Shown here in pieces: positions 62,751-64,000 of a DNA stretch of 64,000 nucleotides. This DNA comes from Perna viridis. Taxonomy: Eukaryota. The notes under the pieces were generated by a model. It was given only the letters and a program-made list of their open reading frames with translations. It was not told the DNA's origin and did no database searches. Numbering within the stretch: position 1 is the first letter of the stretch; each line of letters starts with the position of its first letter. The position numbers were made by a program, and so were the translations under genes. The stretch is taken from contig CM074513.1 in NCBI GenBank assembly GCA_037379345.1, positions 37,258,885 through 37,322,884 of the forward strand, written 5' to 3'.

Positions 62751-64000
62751 AAAACACAATTCAGCACTCGAGGTCTTAATAGTCAAAATTAAAAATAACA
62801 AAGAAAACAGGAAATAAACTAAAATACAATATACAAAACGTTCTCCCATTATGAAAAAAAAAAACAGGTCAGGAACAGTTAGGATTTTTCCATATTGTTG
62901 GTTTATGTCATATTTTCTGTATTTCCTTTAAACAGACATTTTGCATATTATGACCAAATTATTATATACATTTGTAGTTATAATAGTAGTAAACTCTATT
63001 CTATTGAGAGCTGATGAATATGTGTAGCTAAATTTAATTTCAAAATAATAAGAATAATAAAAAACACATTATACAAAAACTACCAAGCATGCTTTCAAGC
63101 AGATGATTTTTTCTTTTCCACAAGGATAGATTTTTGAAAATTAAAATTAAAAGAAGCCAATAGTTTAGCCCGATAAAAGAAAACAAAAAACGTTACCGTA
63201 GTAAATACCACGCTAATGTCAAATATGATATAAATAATCAGAATGTATATTTTGAAAAGAAAAGATCAATTATCATAATGTACTGATAGCTAGCTAGTTC
63301 TATACAAGATATAGTAACATACAAGTCCTTGCGAAACACACATACATTATAAGATGTAAAAAAAAAAACAAAACAAAACAAAACGCTCATAAAGGGATTA
63401 TTTTACCATTAGGGTTTTTTCAAATAGAGAGGGTAAGAGAGTAATGTTGGGAATTTTTGAAATTTTAAAATATATAGTCGCATGTCACATGAAGATCAGA
63501 AATTTAAATATACATATTTATATCATTAAAGATAAATAACAATAAACTATTAATATTACCGAATATTCAGAAAATATAGATTTTGTACATATAGAGTGGT
63601 AAATTTAACCGGTTGTACATGTAAGTGACATTCGCATTTTTAATCAGCAATCAAGTTTGTCGTTTGATGACATTCTTTAAGACTTTTTAACATAAAGGAA
63701 TTCTAGATAAGTTGTTTACATAAATTATACAATGTATAAATAATGGGTTGACAAATTAAAAATCAGGTACAAATAGTGATTTTCATATGAATACCATTCT
63801 ATCAATTTAGCCACAACATATGATATAAATAGACGGAACTACCCGTCATACCATTCATGAGCATTTCGAGTGCACCCGATTTTAAAACGAACACAAACTG
63901 AGAGTATGAAGTATTAACTGAGTACATTTGAAGTCTGGAATATAAAATTTGATGGTGGTGATAAAAGAAAAAAAATGTTTTAATCGAAACGCCTATTTAT

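Noticed and set aside
62750-64000. Possible further gene or CR1 target-site duplication at the window end
   Set aside because: No convincing exon, ORF or matching TSD could be identified by eye.

Overview
AT-rich, intron-rich animal genomic DNA; the repeat content suggests a bivalve mollusc (inference). Two convergent multi-exon genes occupy the window. (1) The 3' part of ADGRV1/GPR98/VLGR1 on + (<1-33445): EAR/EPTP repeats, many Calx-beta repeats, GPS motif CSCKHL|THYAV, 7TM, C-terminus ...RRISIADTHL*. (2) A complete 14-exon mitochondrial aldehyde dehydrogenase (ALDH2-type, ~520 aa) on - (53182-36539). ALDH2 intron 4 holds a full-length RTE LINE with a 14-bp TSD; its exact 5' end folds into an HDV-like ribozyme. 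A ~5.28-kb near-identical tandem duplication (49918-55193 / 55194-60469) copies ALDH2 exon 1 (mitochondrial presequence) with its upstream region, a decayed Tc1 carrying a nested SINE-like insert, and the 3' end of a CR1-type LINE whose longer copy has a 2A-like motif. The most unusual pattern is three independent minisatellites seeded exactly on exon/intron junctions (two in ADGRV1, one in ALDH2). They create arrays of extra splice sites whose direct use would frameshift or hit a stop. All calls were read by eye; no database searches were run.
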